Below the pieces are notes generated by a model. It searched no databases, had not been told where the DNA came from, and saw nothing but the letters and a program-made list of their open reading frames with translations. This document shows, one piece after another, positions 31,895 through 41,372 of a DNA stretch of 48,204 bases. The stretch comes from a virus (Duplodnaviria > Caudoviricetes). Within the stretch, counting starts at the first letter, position 1; every line of letters begins with the position of its first letter. The translations under genes and the position numbers were made by a program. The DNA is taken from positions 1 through 48,204 of the IMG/VR virus record IMGVR_UViG_3300021185_001469; one strand, 5' to 3'.

Positions 31895-32728
31895 ATGCCG
31901 TTACCAAAGCCCAATAGTGGCGAAACAGAAGCAGATTTTATGGGTCGCTGCATGGGCGATGATAAAGTCGTTTCTGAATATCCAAGCAGAACCCAACGGG
32001 CAGCGGTTTGCTTGTCCAGTTATGGCAAGTCAGAACCAAAGGAAAATGAAATGAGTGATGATATTGAGTTTAAAGATGAAACGCTTGATGTAAAGTTCGA
32101 CATCAAAGCAATGGACAGGGATGAAGAAAAGGGCGAGTTTAGCGGTTACGGCTCTATCTTCGGGAACAAAGATCTTGGCAATGATGTTGTCGTTGAGGGA
32201 GCTTTCGCCAAATCTATCGGGCGCAAGGGCGCAAAGGCCGTTAAACTGCTTTACCAGCATCGGGCTGACGAACCAATCGGGGTCTTTGATGAAATCATTG
32301 AGGATGAACGTGGCCTTAAAGTAAAAGGTCGTTTGGCAATGGGAACTCAGCGTGGCCGCGAAGTTTATGAATTGATGAAAATGGGCGCTATTGATGGCTT
32401 GTCTATTGGCTATCGCGTCGATGCAAAGGGATACGACTACGATGACAAGCGCAAGCGCCGTTATCTCAAGTCAGTAGATCTTATGGAGATTTCTGCCGTA
32501 ACCTTTCCTATGAACCCCAAAGCTAGGGTTTCAGCGGTAAAGAGCGATAGAACAGTCCGTGAATGGGAAGAAGTCCTGCGGGATGCAGCGGAACTTTCCA
32601 GAAGCGAGGCGAAGGTTGCAGCTTCGGCTGTAGCAAAGGCACTGGAACAGCGGGATGCTGGCGCTCAGGAAATGCCTTCTGAACTGGTAAGCGAGTTAGA
32701 TCGCCTCACCAATATCCTTAAATCCTAA
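31895..32728 (+). CDS. HK97-family prohead protease with small N-terminal CxnC domain
   Basis: F.GY.S.F...D...D....GAF, LL.QH....PIG, GL.V.G.L, GLSIGY, L.EISAVTFP.N..A. Confidence 0.95.
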   Translation: MPLPKPNSGETEADFMGRCMGDDKVVSEYPSRTQRAAVCLSSYGKSEPKENEMSDDIEFKDETLDVKFDIKAMDRDEEKGEFSGYGSIFGNKDLGNDVVVEGAFAKSIGRKGAKAVKLLYQHRADEPIGVFDEIIEDERGLKVKGRLAMGTQRGREVYELMKMGAIDGLSIGYRVDAKGYDYDDKRKRRYLKSVDLMEISAVTFPMNPKARVSAVKSDRTVREWEEVLRDAAELSRSEAKVAASAVAKALEQRDAGAQEMPSELVSELDRLTNILKS

Positions 32729-32746
32729 ACAGAAAGGTTGATTGTC

Positions 32747-33970
32747 ATGGATGATAATCTCAAAACTTATCTGGAAGGGCTGAACGGTGCTTTTGAAGAA
32801 TTTAAAGCAACAAACGATCAGCGCCTTGCAGAAATTGAAAAGAAAGGCGAAGCCGATCCGTTGGTTGAAGCCAAATTGTCAAAGATCGAAGCCGATCTTG
32901 ACCGCTTTGAAACTGTAAACCAAAAGCTGGTTCAGCAAGAAAAAGCTTCCGAAGGTTTCGCTGAGAAGCTTGACGGTATTGAAACTCTCTTGAAGCGTCC
33001 AAACTCTGGCGTTGAAACCAAGAACGTGGATATTGCTGTTAAGGCTTGGGACACTTTCATGCGTAAGGGCAACGAAGGCTTAGACGCCGACGAAGTAAAA
33101 GCGCTGACTGTTGGAACAGCCGCCACAGCGGGTAACTTGGCTCCAGAGGAATATGTTGCTGAGTTAATCAAGATCGTAACTGAAATCTCACCAGTTCGTT
33201 CTGTTGCTCGCGTTCGTTCAACAACTTCCAAAGAAATTGAAATCCCAACAAAGGATGCAAATTTCGCGGCGGCTTGGACTGCGGAAACTGGCACACGCTC
33301 AGAAACCACTGGTTATTCAACAACCTTGAACACTATCGCCACTCATGAGCTTTACGCTCTGGTCGATATTTCTTCAATGTTGCTTGAAGATAGTGCTTTC
33401 GATATGGAAGCCGAAATGAACCAAGAGTTCGCAGAGCAGTTTGCCAAAGGCGAAGGCGCGGCTTTCATTTCTGGTAATGGCACAAACAAGCCAACAGGTA
33501 TCACAAACGGGAACACCGTTGCTCACACCGCCACAGGTGCAGCATCAGCGGCAATCTCTACCGATAACCTGATGGACTTGGTTCACGGCTTGAAATCAGA
33601 GTATGCGGCCAACGCTACAATGATGTTCAACCGCGCAACTTTGGGCATTATCCGTAAGCTGAAAGATACAGCGGGCCAGTACATTTTCCAAACTGGTTTC
33701 TCTGGTCAATCTGGCGCTCCAAACACAATCATCGGCATCCCATATGTGGAAGCCCCTGATGTAGCAGATGCGGCTTCTGGCGCAAAATCTGTTCTCATCG
33801 GTGACTTCCGTCGCGGATATATGATCGTTGATCGTGTTGCGCTTTCAGTATTGCGTGACCCATACAGCCAAGCGGCAACGGGCCTTGTCCGTTATATCGC
33901 TCGCCGCCGTGTCGGTGGTAAAGTGGTTCTTGCCGAAGCTATGCGCGTTCTAAAGCACGCAACTTCATAA
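32747..33970 (+). CDS. Major capsid protein, HK97 family
   Basis: Coiled-coil delta domain; GNLAPEE, LLEDS, E..AF..G.G..KP.GI, KLKD..GQYI, GDF..GY..VDR, RDPY. Confidence 0.96.
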   Translation: MDDNLKTYLEGLNGAFEEFKATNDQRLAEIEKKGEADPLVEAKLSKIEADLDRFETVNQKLVQQEKASEGFAEKLDGIETLLKRPNSGVETKNVDIAVKAWDTFMRKGNEGLDADEVKALTVGTAATAGNLAPEEYVAELIKIVTEISPVRSVARVRSTTSKEIEIPTKDANFAAAWTAETGTRSETTGYSTTLNTIATHELYALVDISSMLLEDSAFDMEAEMNQEFAEQFAKGEGAAFISGNGTNKPTGITNGNTVAHTATGAASAAISTDNLMDLVHGLKSEYAANATMMFNRATLGIIRKLKDTAGQYIFQTGFSGQSGAPNTIIGIPYVEAPDVADAASGAKSVLIGDFRRGYMIVDRVALSVLRDPYSQAATGLVRYIARRRVGGKVVLAEAMRVLKHATS

Positions 33971-33976
33971 ACTTAG

Positions 33977-34000
33977 CGGGGGGGCATCTTTGCCCCTCCC
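33977..34000 (+). terminator. Hairpin after the capsid gene
   Basis: GGGGGGGCA-TCTT-TGCCCCTCC stem; no clear U-tract. Confidence 0.4.
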
Positions 34001-34017
34001 ATCCAAAAGGGTTTGAT

Positions 34018-34239
34018 ATGAAAAAAGTTGTAATGACGCATAGCGTGGTGGGAGAAGCCAATGCGGATGGGACAAGCGCAAAGCGTTATTTGATAGGGGA
34101 AGAACTTCCCCTTGGAAAAACTTGGGAAAAAAAGGTTGCAGAGGATATGATCGCAAGAGGTGCGGCGATGGAAATCCAAGGCAATGTTGAAGTTTCAGAG
34201 ACAAAAAAGAAACCTCGCGCAAAAAAGAAAACAGATTAA
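34018..34239 (+). CDS. Small head-associated hypothetical protein
   Basis: Position between capsid and connector; Lys-rich tail. Confidence 0.7.
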   Translation: MKKVVMTHSVVGEANADGTSAKRYLIGEELPLGKTWEKKVAEDMIARGAAMEIQGNVEVSETKKKPRAKKKTD

Positions 34240-34254
34240 AAGGGAATATAGGCC

Positions 34255-34929
34255 ATGTCAGGTTTGGAAGAAGTCACAGGCCCAACCGTTGAGCCTATAA
34301 GCAGAATTGAAGCAAGAGAGCATCTTCGCCTCGATGATGACGTTGATGACGCTCAAGTGAGAGCTTACACGCTCGCGGCGAGAATGTGGGCTGAAAATTA
34401 CACAGGCCGCGCCTTCATAACAAGAACGGTTGCTCAATATCTTAATGGGTTTTACCAGCTTGACACGCCTCTTTGGGAGGGGTGGAAAACAGGCCCAGAT
34501 ATTGTCAAATATGAAAACAATATTGAGCTTGCATTGGCTCCAGTTGTTTCGGTTGCAAATATTAAATACTTCACAAAAGACGATACAGAGAACACTTGGG
34601 CAAGCTCAAACTATTATGTCGATAGCGTAAGGGAGCCAGCCAGAATAATTTTGAGAGATGGTGGAAATTATCCAACGAACTTAAGAGCCGCTAACGCTTT
34701 GAAAATAACGTTTGATGCGGGATATGGAACAACGCCGAATACTGTTCCAGAGCCGATAAGGGTGGCGATACTGCAATATATGGCTTTTATGTATGAACAT
34801 CGGGGCGATTTTGAGCAATCAACACCGCCAACGCCACCCGCTATCTTGACGCAACTTCTACAGCCATATCAAATCATGAGATTTTCGGGAACGCCCTATA
34901 AGGCTTTACCAGTCGCAGGGATTGGGTAA
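34255..34929 (+). CDS. Head-tail connector (gp6-like, phiE125 gp8 type)
   Basis: EPIS..EA..HLR.D, AE.YTGRA.I, AGYG....VP.PI..AIL......YE.R. Confidence 0.9.
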   Translation: MSGLEEVTGPTVEPISRIEAREHLRLDDDVDDAQVRAYTLAARMWAENYTGRAFITRTVAQYLNGFYQLDTPLWEGWKTGPDIVKYENNIELALAPVVSVANIKYFTKDDTENTWASSNYYVDSVREPARIILRDGGNYPTNLRAANALKITFDAGYGTTPNTVPEPIRVAILQYMAFMYEHRGDFEQSTPPTPPAILTQLLQPYQIMRFSGTPYKALPVAGIG

Positions 34930-35283
34930 ATGAAGATCGGGGCAATGCGATATAAGGTGCAGATACAAAGCGCCACCAGAGCAGCCGACAGCGGCGGCGG
35001 CGCAGCCCTTACATGGACTAAGGTTGCTGACGTTTATGCCGATATTCAGCCGCAGAACTCGAAAGAGGGTGTTTTCGGAACCGAAAATCAAATCAGAGAA
35101 GTAACTCAATCAAAGATTTACATTCGTTATAGAAAAGACGTTTCTTTTAAAAACAGAATTGTTCAAACATATAGCCAGAACGGCGTATCTGCCATTCGCA
35201 CATTTAACATTAATGGCGTTGTGAATGTGGGAAATCGTTTTCGCTTCTTAGAATTGACATGTGAGGAGGGTGTCCCGACATGA
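34930..35283 (+). CDS. Head closure / head-tail adaptor (SPP1 gp16-like)
   Basis: G.MR..V.IQ.....D.GGG....W, I.IRYR.DV, FLEL.C.E. Confidence 0.9.
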   Translation: MKIGAMRYKVQIQSATRAADSGGGAALTWTKVADVYADIQPQNSKEGVFGTENQIREVTQSKIYIRYRKDVSFKNRIVQTYSQNGVSAIRTFNINGVVNVGNRFRFLELTCEEGVPT

Positions 35284-35723
35284 CAATAAGAACCAAGATG
35301 ATCAGGAAAAACGCTACAAACTCAGTCGTTCGAAGTTACGAAAGCCAAGTTAAAAAAATTATTGCCTTTGCGGGGCAGGAAATAAGAAACATTGCTGTGC
35401 AAAGTATTCATCAGGCAAGCCCAGCGGGAAATACCTACGAAAAATATTCTCCGCGCAGAACCCACACTGCGGCGAGAAAAGGAAATCCTCCGAATACTGA
35501 TACGGGATATTTAGCAAATAACATAAATATGGTTTTTACTGCCAATAGATTGGGTGTAGAAGTCGAAAGCCGCGCTGAATATTCTGCATATTTAGAATTG
35601 GGCTGGACAACACCAACGGGTCAGTTTGTGCAATTTCCATTTCTAGTTCCAGCCACGGAGGAAGTGCGCCCTAAAGTTCGCAAGCTTATGAGTGGATTAA
35701 AAGCAAAGGGTGGGATTAAATAA
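35280..35723 (+). CDS. HK97 gp10-like tail component
   Basis: P..DTG.L...I, YS.YLE.G, PFL.PA. Confidence 0.85.
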   Translation: MTIRTKMIRKNATNSVVRSYESQVKKIIAFAGQEIRNIAVQSIHQASPAGNTYEKYSPRRTHTAARKGNPPNTDTGYLANNINMVFTANRLGVEVESRAEYSAYLELGWTTPTGQFVQFPFLVPATEEVRPKVRKLMSGLKAKGGIK

Positions 35724-36475
35724 TGGCACTTCACTCTTGGGAACTTCAAAAGGCTATTTATGCCCATATGAATGGAAGTGTGACAGGTATCGGCGGGAGC
35801 GGAACCGAAAGTCTTGAATATGCGGTCACAGTTCAGAATGGGAAATTTTATATTGACGGGGCGCTTACCCCGACATTGACGCTCAAGCGAGGGTCGACTT
35901 ATAAATTCAAGCAAGACGATGGCAGCAATGGATCGCACCCGTTTTACTTCTCTACCACAAGCGATGGAACGCATGGGGGCGGGTCTCAATATACAAACGG
36001 CGTCACGCATTATGGCACGGCGGGAAACTCTGGCTCTTACAGCTTGATCACTGTCGCAGCAAACGCGCCAGACACCCTATATTATTATTGCGCCAATCAT
36101 GGCGGCATGGGAGGGCAGCTTACCATCACAGCGGCCCCAACACCTGTGAATGTTCCAGTTTATGATGACGTTCCAGAAGAAACAGTTTATCCCTACATAA
36201 TTCTCGGTGAAGAAACAGCCGCGAATAATGGAAGCAAAACGCTAGATGGCGTGGAGCATACACTTACGGTTCATGCTTGGTCACAGTATCGTGGTCGGCG
36301 TGAGATAAAAGAGATTATGCAATCGGTCTATTCTTTGTTGCATAACTCTGCTATAACTGTGAGTGGAGCCTCTTTGGTGAACTTGCGGCAAGAGTTCGCA
36401 ACAACACTAACTGAGAATGATGGAATAACGCGGCATGGGGTCATAAGATTTCGCGCCGTTGTGTTTGATAGCTAA
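35723..36475 (+). CDS. DUF3168 tail completion protein with inserted cupredoxin-like domain
   Basis: ELQKAIY...[insert]...VYDDVP....PY...GE, H.WS...G..E.K.I, DG.TRHG...FRA. Confidence 0.85.
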   Translation: MALHSWELQKAIYAHMNGSVTGIGGSGTESLEYAVTVQNGKFYIDGALTPTLTLKRGSTYKFKQDDGSNGSHPFYFSTTSDGTHGGGSQYTNGVTHYGTAGNSGSYSLITVAANAPDTLYYYCANHGGMGGQLTITAAPTPVNVPVYDDVPEETVYPYIILGEETAANNGSKTLDGVEHTLTVHAWSQYRGRREIKEIMQSVYSLLHNSAITVSGASLVNLRQEFATTLTENDGITRHGVIRFRAVVFDS

Positions 36476-36488
36476 GGAGTAATAAAAC

Positions 36489-36908
36489 ATGGCGGCTCAA
36501 AAAGGTTCAGCCCTACTACTAAAAATCGGTGCAAGCGCTGCGGCTGCGGCGGCATCTGATACTTACACCACAATCGGAGGATTGCGTTCAACCTCTATTA
36601 GTCTTAATCAAGAGACAGTGGACGTCACTACAAAAGACAGCGCAAATGCTAGAGAATTACTAGCTGATGCTGGCGTGGAAACCGTTGCGGTTTCTGGGTC
36701 TGGTGTTTTCACCGATGCAACGTCAGAGCAAACTTTGCGTACATCATTCGGTGGTGCGAACATTCCAAACTTTGAAATCGTTATTCCCGATCTCGGAACG
36801 TATCAGGGCAAGTTCCAGATTACGACTTTGGAATATGCCGGTGAATACAACGGTGAGATGACTTACTCTATCACGCTAGAAAGTTCTGGCGCGGTTGTGT
36901 TCTCGTAA
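36489..36908 (+). CDS. Major tail tube protein (TP901-1/GTA-like)
   Basis: MAAQKG..LLLK, GLR...ISLN.ETVDVT.KDS, RELL..AG, PD.G...G.F....LEYAG..NGE. Confidence 0.93.
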   Translation: MAAQKGSALLLKIGASAAAAAASDTYTTIGGLRSTSISLNQETVDVTTKDSANARELLADAGVETVAVSGSGVFTDATSEQTLRTSFGGANIPNFEIVIPDLGTYQGKFQITTLEYAGEYNGEMTYSITLESSGAVVFS

Positions 36909-36918
36909 GGAGTTATGA

Positions 36919-37215
36919 ATGGGCTGGCAAAATACGTCCGTAGAGGTCGGTGACAAAACTTTCTCGGCCCATCGTAAGGAAAATATCTTTTCGGTTCCCT
37001 GCGCCTCTGGTTTAGAGGCGGGGGATACTTTCAAGGCAGAAGGTAAAATCTATAAATCCTCATCCCTTACCGATTGGTTAAATAGGGGTGAGGTTTTTCA
37101 TATTGAAGTAATGGAGGTCAAGAATGACAAACCCAAAGCGCGGAGAAATGCAACTAAATCTGGGCAGCCAGAAGTTTCAATGCAAAATCAACATGGACGT
37201 GATGATGCGGATTGA
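36919..37215 (+). CDS. Hypothetical protein
   Basis: AGGAG RBS; overlaps the chaperone gene. Confidence 0.6.
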   Translation: MGWQNTSVEVGDKTFSAHRKENIFSVPCASGLEAGDTFKAEGKIYKSSSLTDWLNRGEVFHIEVMEVKNDKPKARRNATKSGQPEVSMQNQHGRDDAD

Positions 37216-37474
37216 AACCAACATAGGTGGATCTCTTTTAAAATTAGCTAATAATATGCAATCAGCGGATATAAGCGCATCACAGATGGTCGCTGTGTTA
37301 ACGCCCGTTATCAGATCAAGCGGAGAAGATGTTAAAGACGCTGAAGTTAAAAAAATCATTTGGGACGCAGGGGTTGCGGAAGGCTTAAAGGCTGTTGCCG
37401 AAGTAATTGCGTTTATTGTCAGTGGCGGTGAGGAAATGGCGGGAAACGAACAGGAGGCGGGAGCACAAGCTTAG
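37124..37474 (+). CDS. Tail assembly chaperone (gpG-like, GTA gp10-like)
   Basis: NPKRGE..L; position between tube and tape measure; GGAGG RBS. Confidence 0.8.
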   Translation: MTNPKRGEMQLNLGSQKFQCKINMDVMMRIETNIGGSLLKLANNMQSADISASQMVAVLTPVIRSSGEDVKDAEVKKIIWDAGVAEGLKAVAEVIAFIVSGGEEMAGNEQEAGAQA

Positions 37475-37671
37475 ATGATGACTTGCCTTGGAACGATTGG
37501 ATGAAATTGGCCCTTGGCAAAATGCGGATGACACCAGATGAATTTTGGAATTGTTCTTTCGTTGAATTTATCGCGGCTTGTGACGGTTTTATTGAGTTTA
37601 ATTCTGATGGCAAACCGCCGCCATTATCGAAGAATGAACTAGAGGAATTGATGGAGTTGCACCCAGACTAA
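37441..37671 (+). CDS. Tail assembly chaperone gpGT C-terminal part, reached by -1 frameshift
   Basis: G GGA AAC slippery site at 37441-37447; -1 frame open into L.MTPDEFW..S..EF. Confidence 0.8.
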   Translation, partial: GKRTGGGSTSLDDDLPWNDWMKLALGKMRMTPDEFWNCSFVEFIAACDGFIEFNSDGKPPPLSKNELEELMELHPD

Positions 37672-39833
37672 TGGCTACTACAGTTGATGAAATCCTAGTT
37701 CGAATTGAAGCGGATATGTCCGATCTGCGCCGTGACATTAATAAGGCAACACGCCATGTTGATCAAAGCGCGAACAAGATGTCCTCAAGCTTCAAGAAGG
37801 TTGGCACTGCTATTGCTGCGATAGGCGGGGCGGCTGCTCTTATTGGCTTCACAAAGGGCGTGATTGCCACAGGCATCCAAGTTGATAACCTGCAAATCAA
37901 AATGCGGACCCTATTTGGTTCAGCCGAAGATGGTGCCAAAGCTTTTGACATGCTTGATAAGTTTGCGGGAAAGGTGCCATTTTCTTTGAGAGAAATCTCT
38001 GCTGGCGCTGGTCCATTAGCCGTTGTGGCTAACGATGTTGACGATATGAACCAGTTATTACAGATCACTGGTAACATTTCCGCATTGACGGGAAGATCTT
38101 TCAACGAAATTGCAGGTCAAATCCAGAAAGCAATGTCGGCGGGTATCAACAGCGCAGAAATACTGCGGGATGATGGTATAAAAGCCATGCTTGGCTTCAA
38201 GGACGGGGTAGCTCATTCTGTGGCGGATACCGTGAAGCGTCTGCAAGAAGGATTTGGCATCGGCGGTGAGTTCGATGGCCTGATGGATGATATGGCTAAA
38301 ACGGCGGGCGGCGCAATGTCGATGGTCGGGGATGCGTTTTTTCAAATGCAAAAAGCTATATTTAGCGCTGGATTAGGCGAGGCTGTTATTAAATTATCAG
38401 TCGCGTTTCGCAATCTTTTGATAGCTTCAACACCTATTCTTGCCGTGATGGGTCAAATCGCTAATGTATTCGCTACTGTTCTCGTTCCAGTTATTAATGC
38501 CTTGGCTTCAAGCTTAGAAATTCTGGCTCCGTTGCTTGCTTTGCTTGCTGTTAGGTTTGTCGCCCTTAAGGTTGCCGCGCTTGCTGGTGCTGCGGCTAAC
38601 AAGCTTTATGCTATTTCAATGGCAGAGATTGCACTCCAAACGGCTCTGGCGGGTAAACCCCTTGGAAGATTGATGAAGTTAAAGCTTGGCTTCAAAGGTT
38701 TGGTCACTGCTCTTGGCCCGATTTTAAAAACCTTTAGGGGAATAATTGGAAAATTGATCCCTGTCGCTGTTTTGGTGGGAATTATCAAGATCGTTGATGG
38801 CCTGATGAAAATCTGGAATGCGTCAAAAGACGTGAGCGACATGTTCAAAAACTTAAAAGAAGTTTTCAAATTATTTGTCCAATTTGGTGCAGATAAATTT
38901 GATGAAATGAAACACAAGGTTGTTTCTATTGGGCTTCGGATTTCTCAACTGGTCGCAAATATAACATTTAAGCTTAAAGAGCTTATTGTTGAGGGAATGA
39001 ACAAACTTATAACTCAATACAATTCTATTTTGAGAAGATTTGGCCTTGATAGTAGGCAAGTAGACCCAATGCAAGCGCCAGATCAAAGCGGGCTTCAAGA
39101 GGCTTCTGCAAAATTGACAGCTTCGATTGAGAAAGAAGAAGCGGCGGCAGAAAGAGCAAAAATTAGTCTCGATGCTTTGAAGAAAAAACTTGTTGAACTC
39201 GGTGTTCTCAAGCCAATGGAGGCTACCATTCAAAGCCTTGAGGGCGATATTGGTAAAATCCCCGCTCTTACGGATCTTGTAGATGTTGAAGCGCAAAAAA
39301 TGGCTACAAATATGCAAGTTCTTGTAGATGGAATTTCGCAGATTGGTGACGGGGTTGTAAGCACATTTAGGCAAATGCTTGATGGTGCGAAATTCTCAAT
39401 GGACGATATGGTTGATCTTGTTAAAGCGGCTGTCAGAGATATGATTGCACAGCTTTTCCGATTGGCGATTGTTAATAATATGATAAACGCAATGTTTGGT
39501 GGAGTTGCTGGTTTTGAGAAGCTTCCATCAATTCCCTTATTGGCTGGCGGGGGAACCTTACAAAGGGGGCAACCGACAATCGTTGGGGAGCGAGGCCCAG
39601 AACTCATTGTTCCAAATTCTTCTGGAACAGTTTTGAATAATCACGAAACATCAAGAGCGCTTGGAGGCGGTGGGGCTACTGTCGTAAATCAAACGATCAA
39701 TGTTGAAACTGGTGTTTCTCAAACTGTTCGCGCCGAAATGATCTCTCTATTGCCCAAATTCAAGAAAGATACGATGGCGGCTGTTCTCGATGCGAAGCGG
39801 CGCGGTGGCACATATGGAAAGGCTTTTGCATAA
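37671..39833 (+). CDS. Tape measure protein
   Basis: L.VRIEAD, Ala/Gly-rich helices, C-terminal A.GG......VGERGPEL.VP. Confidence 0.93.
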   Translation: MATTVDEILVRIEADMSDLRRDINKATRHVDQSANKMSSSFKKVGTAIAAIGGAAALIGFTKGVIATGIQVDNLQIKMRTLFGSAEDGAKAFDMLDKFAGKVPFSLREISAGAGPLAVVANDVDDMNQLLQITGNISALTGRSFNEIAGQIQKAMSAGINSAEILRDDGIKAMLGFKDGVAHSVADTVKRLQEGFGIGGEFDGLMDDMAKTAGGAMSMVGDAFFQMQKAIFSAGLGEAVIKLSVAFRNLLIASTPILAVMGQIANVFATVLVPVINALASSLEILAPLLALLAVRFVALKVAALAGAAANKLYAISMAEIALQTALAGKPLGRLMKLKLGFKGLVTALGPILKTFRGIIGKLIPVAVLVGIIKIVDGLMKIWNASKDVSDMFKNLKEVFKLFVQFGADKFDEMKHKVVSIGLRISQLVANITFKLKELIVEGMNKLITQYNSILRRFGLDSRQVDPMQAPDQSGLQEASAKLTASIEKEEAAAERAKISLDALKKKLVELGVLKPMEATIQSLEGDIGKIPALTDLVDVEAQKMATNMQVLVDGISQIGDGVVSTFRQMLDGAKFSMDDMVDLVKAAVRDMIAQLFRLAIVNNMINAMFGGVAGFEKLPSIPLLAGGGTLQRGQPTIVGERGPELIVPNSSGTVLNNHETSRALGGGGATVVNQTINVETGVSQTVRAEMISLLPKFKKDTMAAVLDAKRRGGTYGKAFA

Positions 39834-40423
39834 TGGCACTTATTACAATGCCCTCAAGCCCAGCGTTTACAAGTTCCGAGTGGGGCATGAGGCGCGGTGT
39901 TGCTGTCTCGCAAAGCCCTTTTACGGGGAAAGAGCAAACCTTCAAATACGCCAGAGCGCAATGGTATGCGGTCCTCTCACTGCCTCCCATGAAGCGAGAT
40001 CAGGCCGCAGAATGGCAAGCGTTCTTTTTATCTCTTGAGGGTCGAGCCAATACATTTCTTCTTGGAGATCCAGACGCGAAAACAATTCGTGGAACCGCAA
40101 CATCTGCCTCAGTGGGGGCCAGCGGCGCAATCGGGGATAGCGTTGTGAACCTTACCCTTGGCTCTGGAAAGACTTTAAACAAGGGAAGCTATATCCAGCT
40201 AAATACATCCACTAATGCGCGTTTGCACATGATTGTGGATGATAACACTGGGAACGGAACTTGCGCCATCCAGCCCCCTCTCAAGGCCGCCATAACGACA
40301 TCTACTCCCGTTGATATAACTTCGGCGCAAGGTGTCTTTAGAATGGACAGCAATGATCTTACTTGGAGCGCCAATGAGTTAAGCCTTTATGGCATCACCT
40401 TTAGCTGCACGGAGGTCGTATGA
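39833..40423 (+). CDS. Distal tail protein-like
   Basis: SPFTG..Q....W...L.LPP......W.AF...L.G; follows the tape measure. Confidence 0.75.
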   Translation: MALITMPSSPAFTSSEWGMRRGVAVSQSPFTGKEQTFKYARAQWYAVLSLPPMKRDQAAEWQAFFLSLEGRANTFLLGDPDAKTIRGTATSASVGASGAIGDSVVNLTLGSGKTLNKGSYIQLNTSTNARLHMIVDDNTGNGTCAIQPPLKAAITTSTPVDITSAQGVFRMDSNDLTWSANELSLYGITFSCTEVV

Positions 40424-40971
40424 GCAGGACGATTGATGCAAATCTTTTAGCGGCTCTTATCGCTGATGATGTTGAGGCTTTCATTGCTGTTGATTTAAGT
40501 TTTGATAGCGAAGATTTGAGATTGTGGACGGGCTTGGGTGATAAAACTATCAACAGCGAAACCTTCACGGGCGCGGGAAACCTGATTGGCATTCAAGGCT
40601 TAGAAGAAGCTTCTGATCTTTCTGCAAAATCTGTGACGCTTAGTTTGAGCGGCGTTAGTTCTGATTTGATCACACGCGCTACAACTGAGAATTATCAAAA
40701 TAGAGCCGCAAAAATTTATCTTGGCGTTGAAGGGCAATCTGCAACGGTAACTGTTTTTGATGGACTTATGAATACAATGTCCATTCAAGACGATGGATCT
40801 TCAAGCGTTATAAATCTTGTAGTGGAGAGCAAACTTGTTCGCTTAGAAAAAGCCAGCAATCGCCGCTACACAAATGAAAACCATCGGGCGCGGCATAGTG
40901 GTGACACGTTCTTTTCCTATGTCGCTGATATACAGGACAAGGAAATAGTATGGGGCCGCGAGAAAGCTTAA
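40420..40971 (+). CDS. Minor tail / hub protein
   Basis: LRLWTG.G......F.GAG, RRYT.E......GD..F..V.....EI.WG. Confidence 0.75.
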   Translation: MSRTIDANLLAALIADDVEAFIAVDLSFDSEDLRLWTGLGDKTINSETFTGAGNLIGIQGLEEASDLSAKSVTLSLSGVSSDLITRATTENYQNRAAKIYLGVEGQSATVTVFDGLMNTMSIQDDGSSSVINLVVESKLVRLEKASNRRYTNENHRARHSGDTFFSYVADIQDKEIVWGREKA

Positions 40972-41372
40972 ATCGTTACGTTGATAGCTGTAGACTTAGA
41001 GGGTTCGTTTGGGGCGCTCATGATTGTTTGACGTTTACCAACGGGGCTTTCAAAGCAATGTATGGCTCTGGGTGGGCAGATGATTGGCTTGGAGAATATG
41101 CCAAAGATGGAAAATTTATTGGGCGCACAAACCTCAAGAAAAAATTTAAACGAAACAGCATCATTCCCGCCATTGATGAACGACTGCAAAGAATTAAATT
41201 TGTTCCCCCTCTTGGTGCGCTTGTTGCTTCGGACTTAGAAAAAAAGTTTTCTATCGGCTTTGCTCTTGGAATGTCGCTTGGAAGTAAGGCTGTCTATCTT
41301 GACGAAAATGATATAATATTCCGATCACTCGATACCGTAAAATATTCATGGATTTTGCCAAATGAAGCGTGA
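40950..41372 (+). CDS. DUF6950/NlpC-P60-like tail protein
   Basis: F.WG.HDC..F motif; position before the tip protein. Confidence 0.7.
   Translation: MGPRESLNRYVDSCRLRGFVWGAHDCLTFTNGAFKAMYGSGWADDWLGEYAKDGKFIGRTNLKKKFKRNSIIPAIDERLQRIKFVPPLGALVASDLEKKFSIGFALGMSLGSKAVYLDENDIIFRSLDTVKYSWILPNEA

Noticed and set aside
36489-41372. Gene transfer agent cluster
   Set aside because: Tail genes are GTA-like, but the element has its own replication and recombination genes, a 720-aa tape measure and circular ends, so it is a phage.
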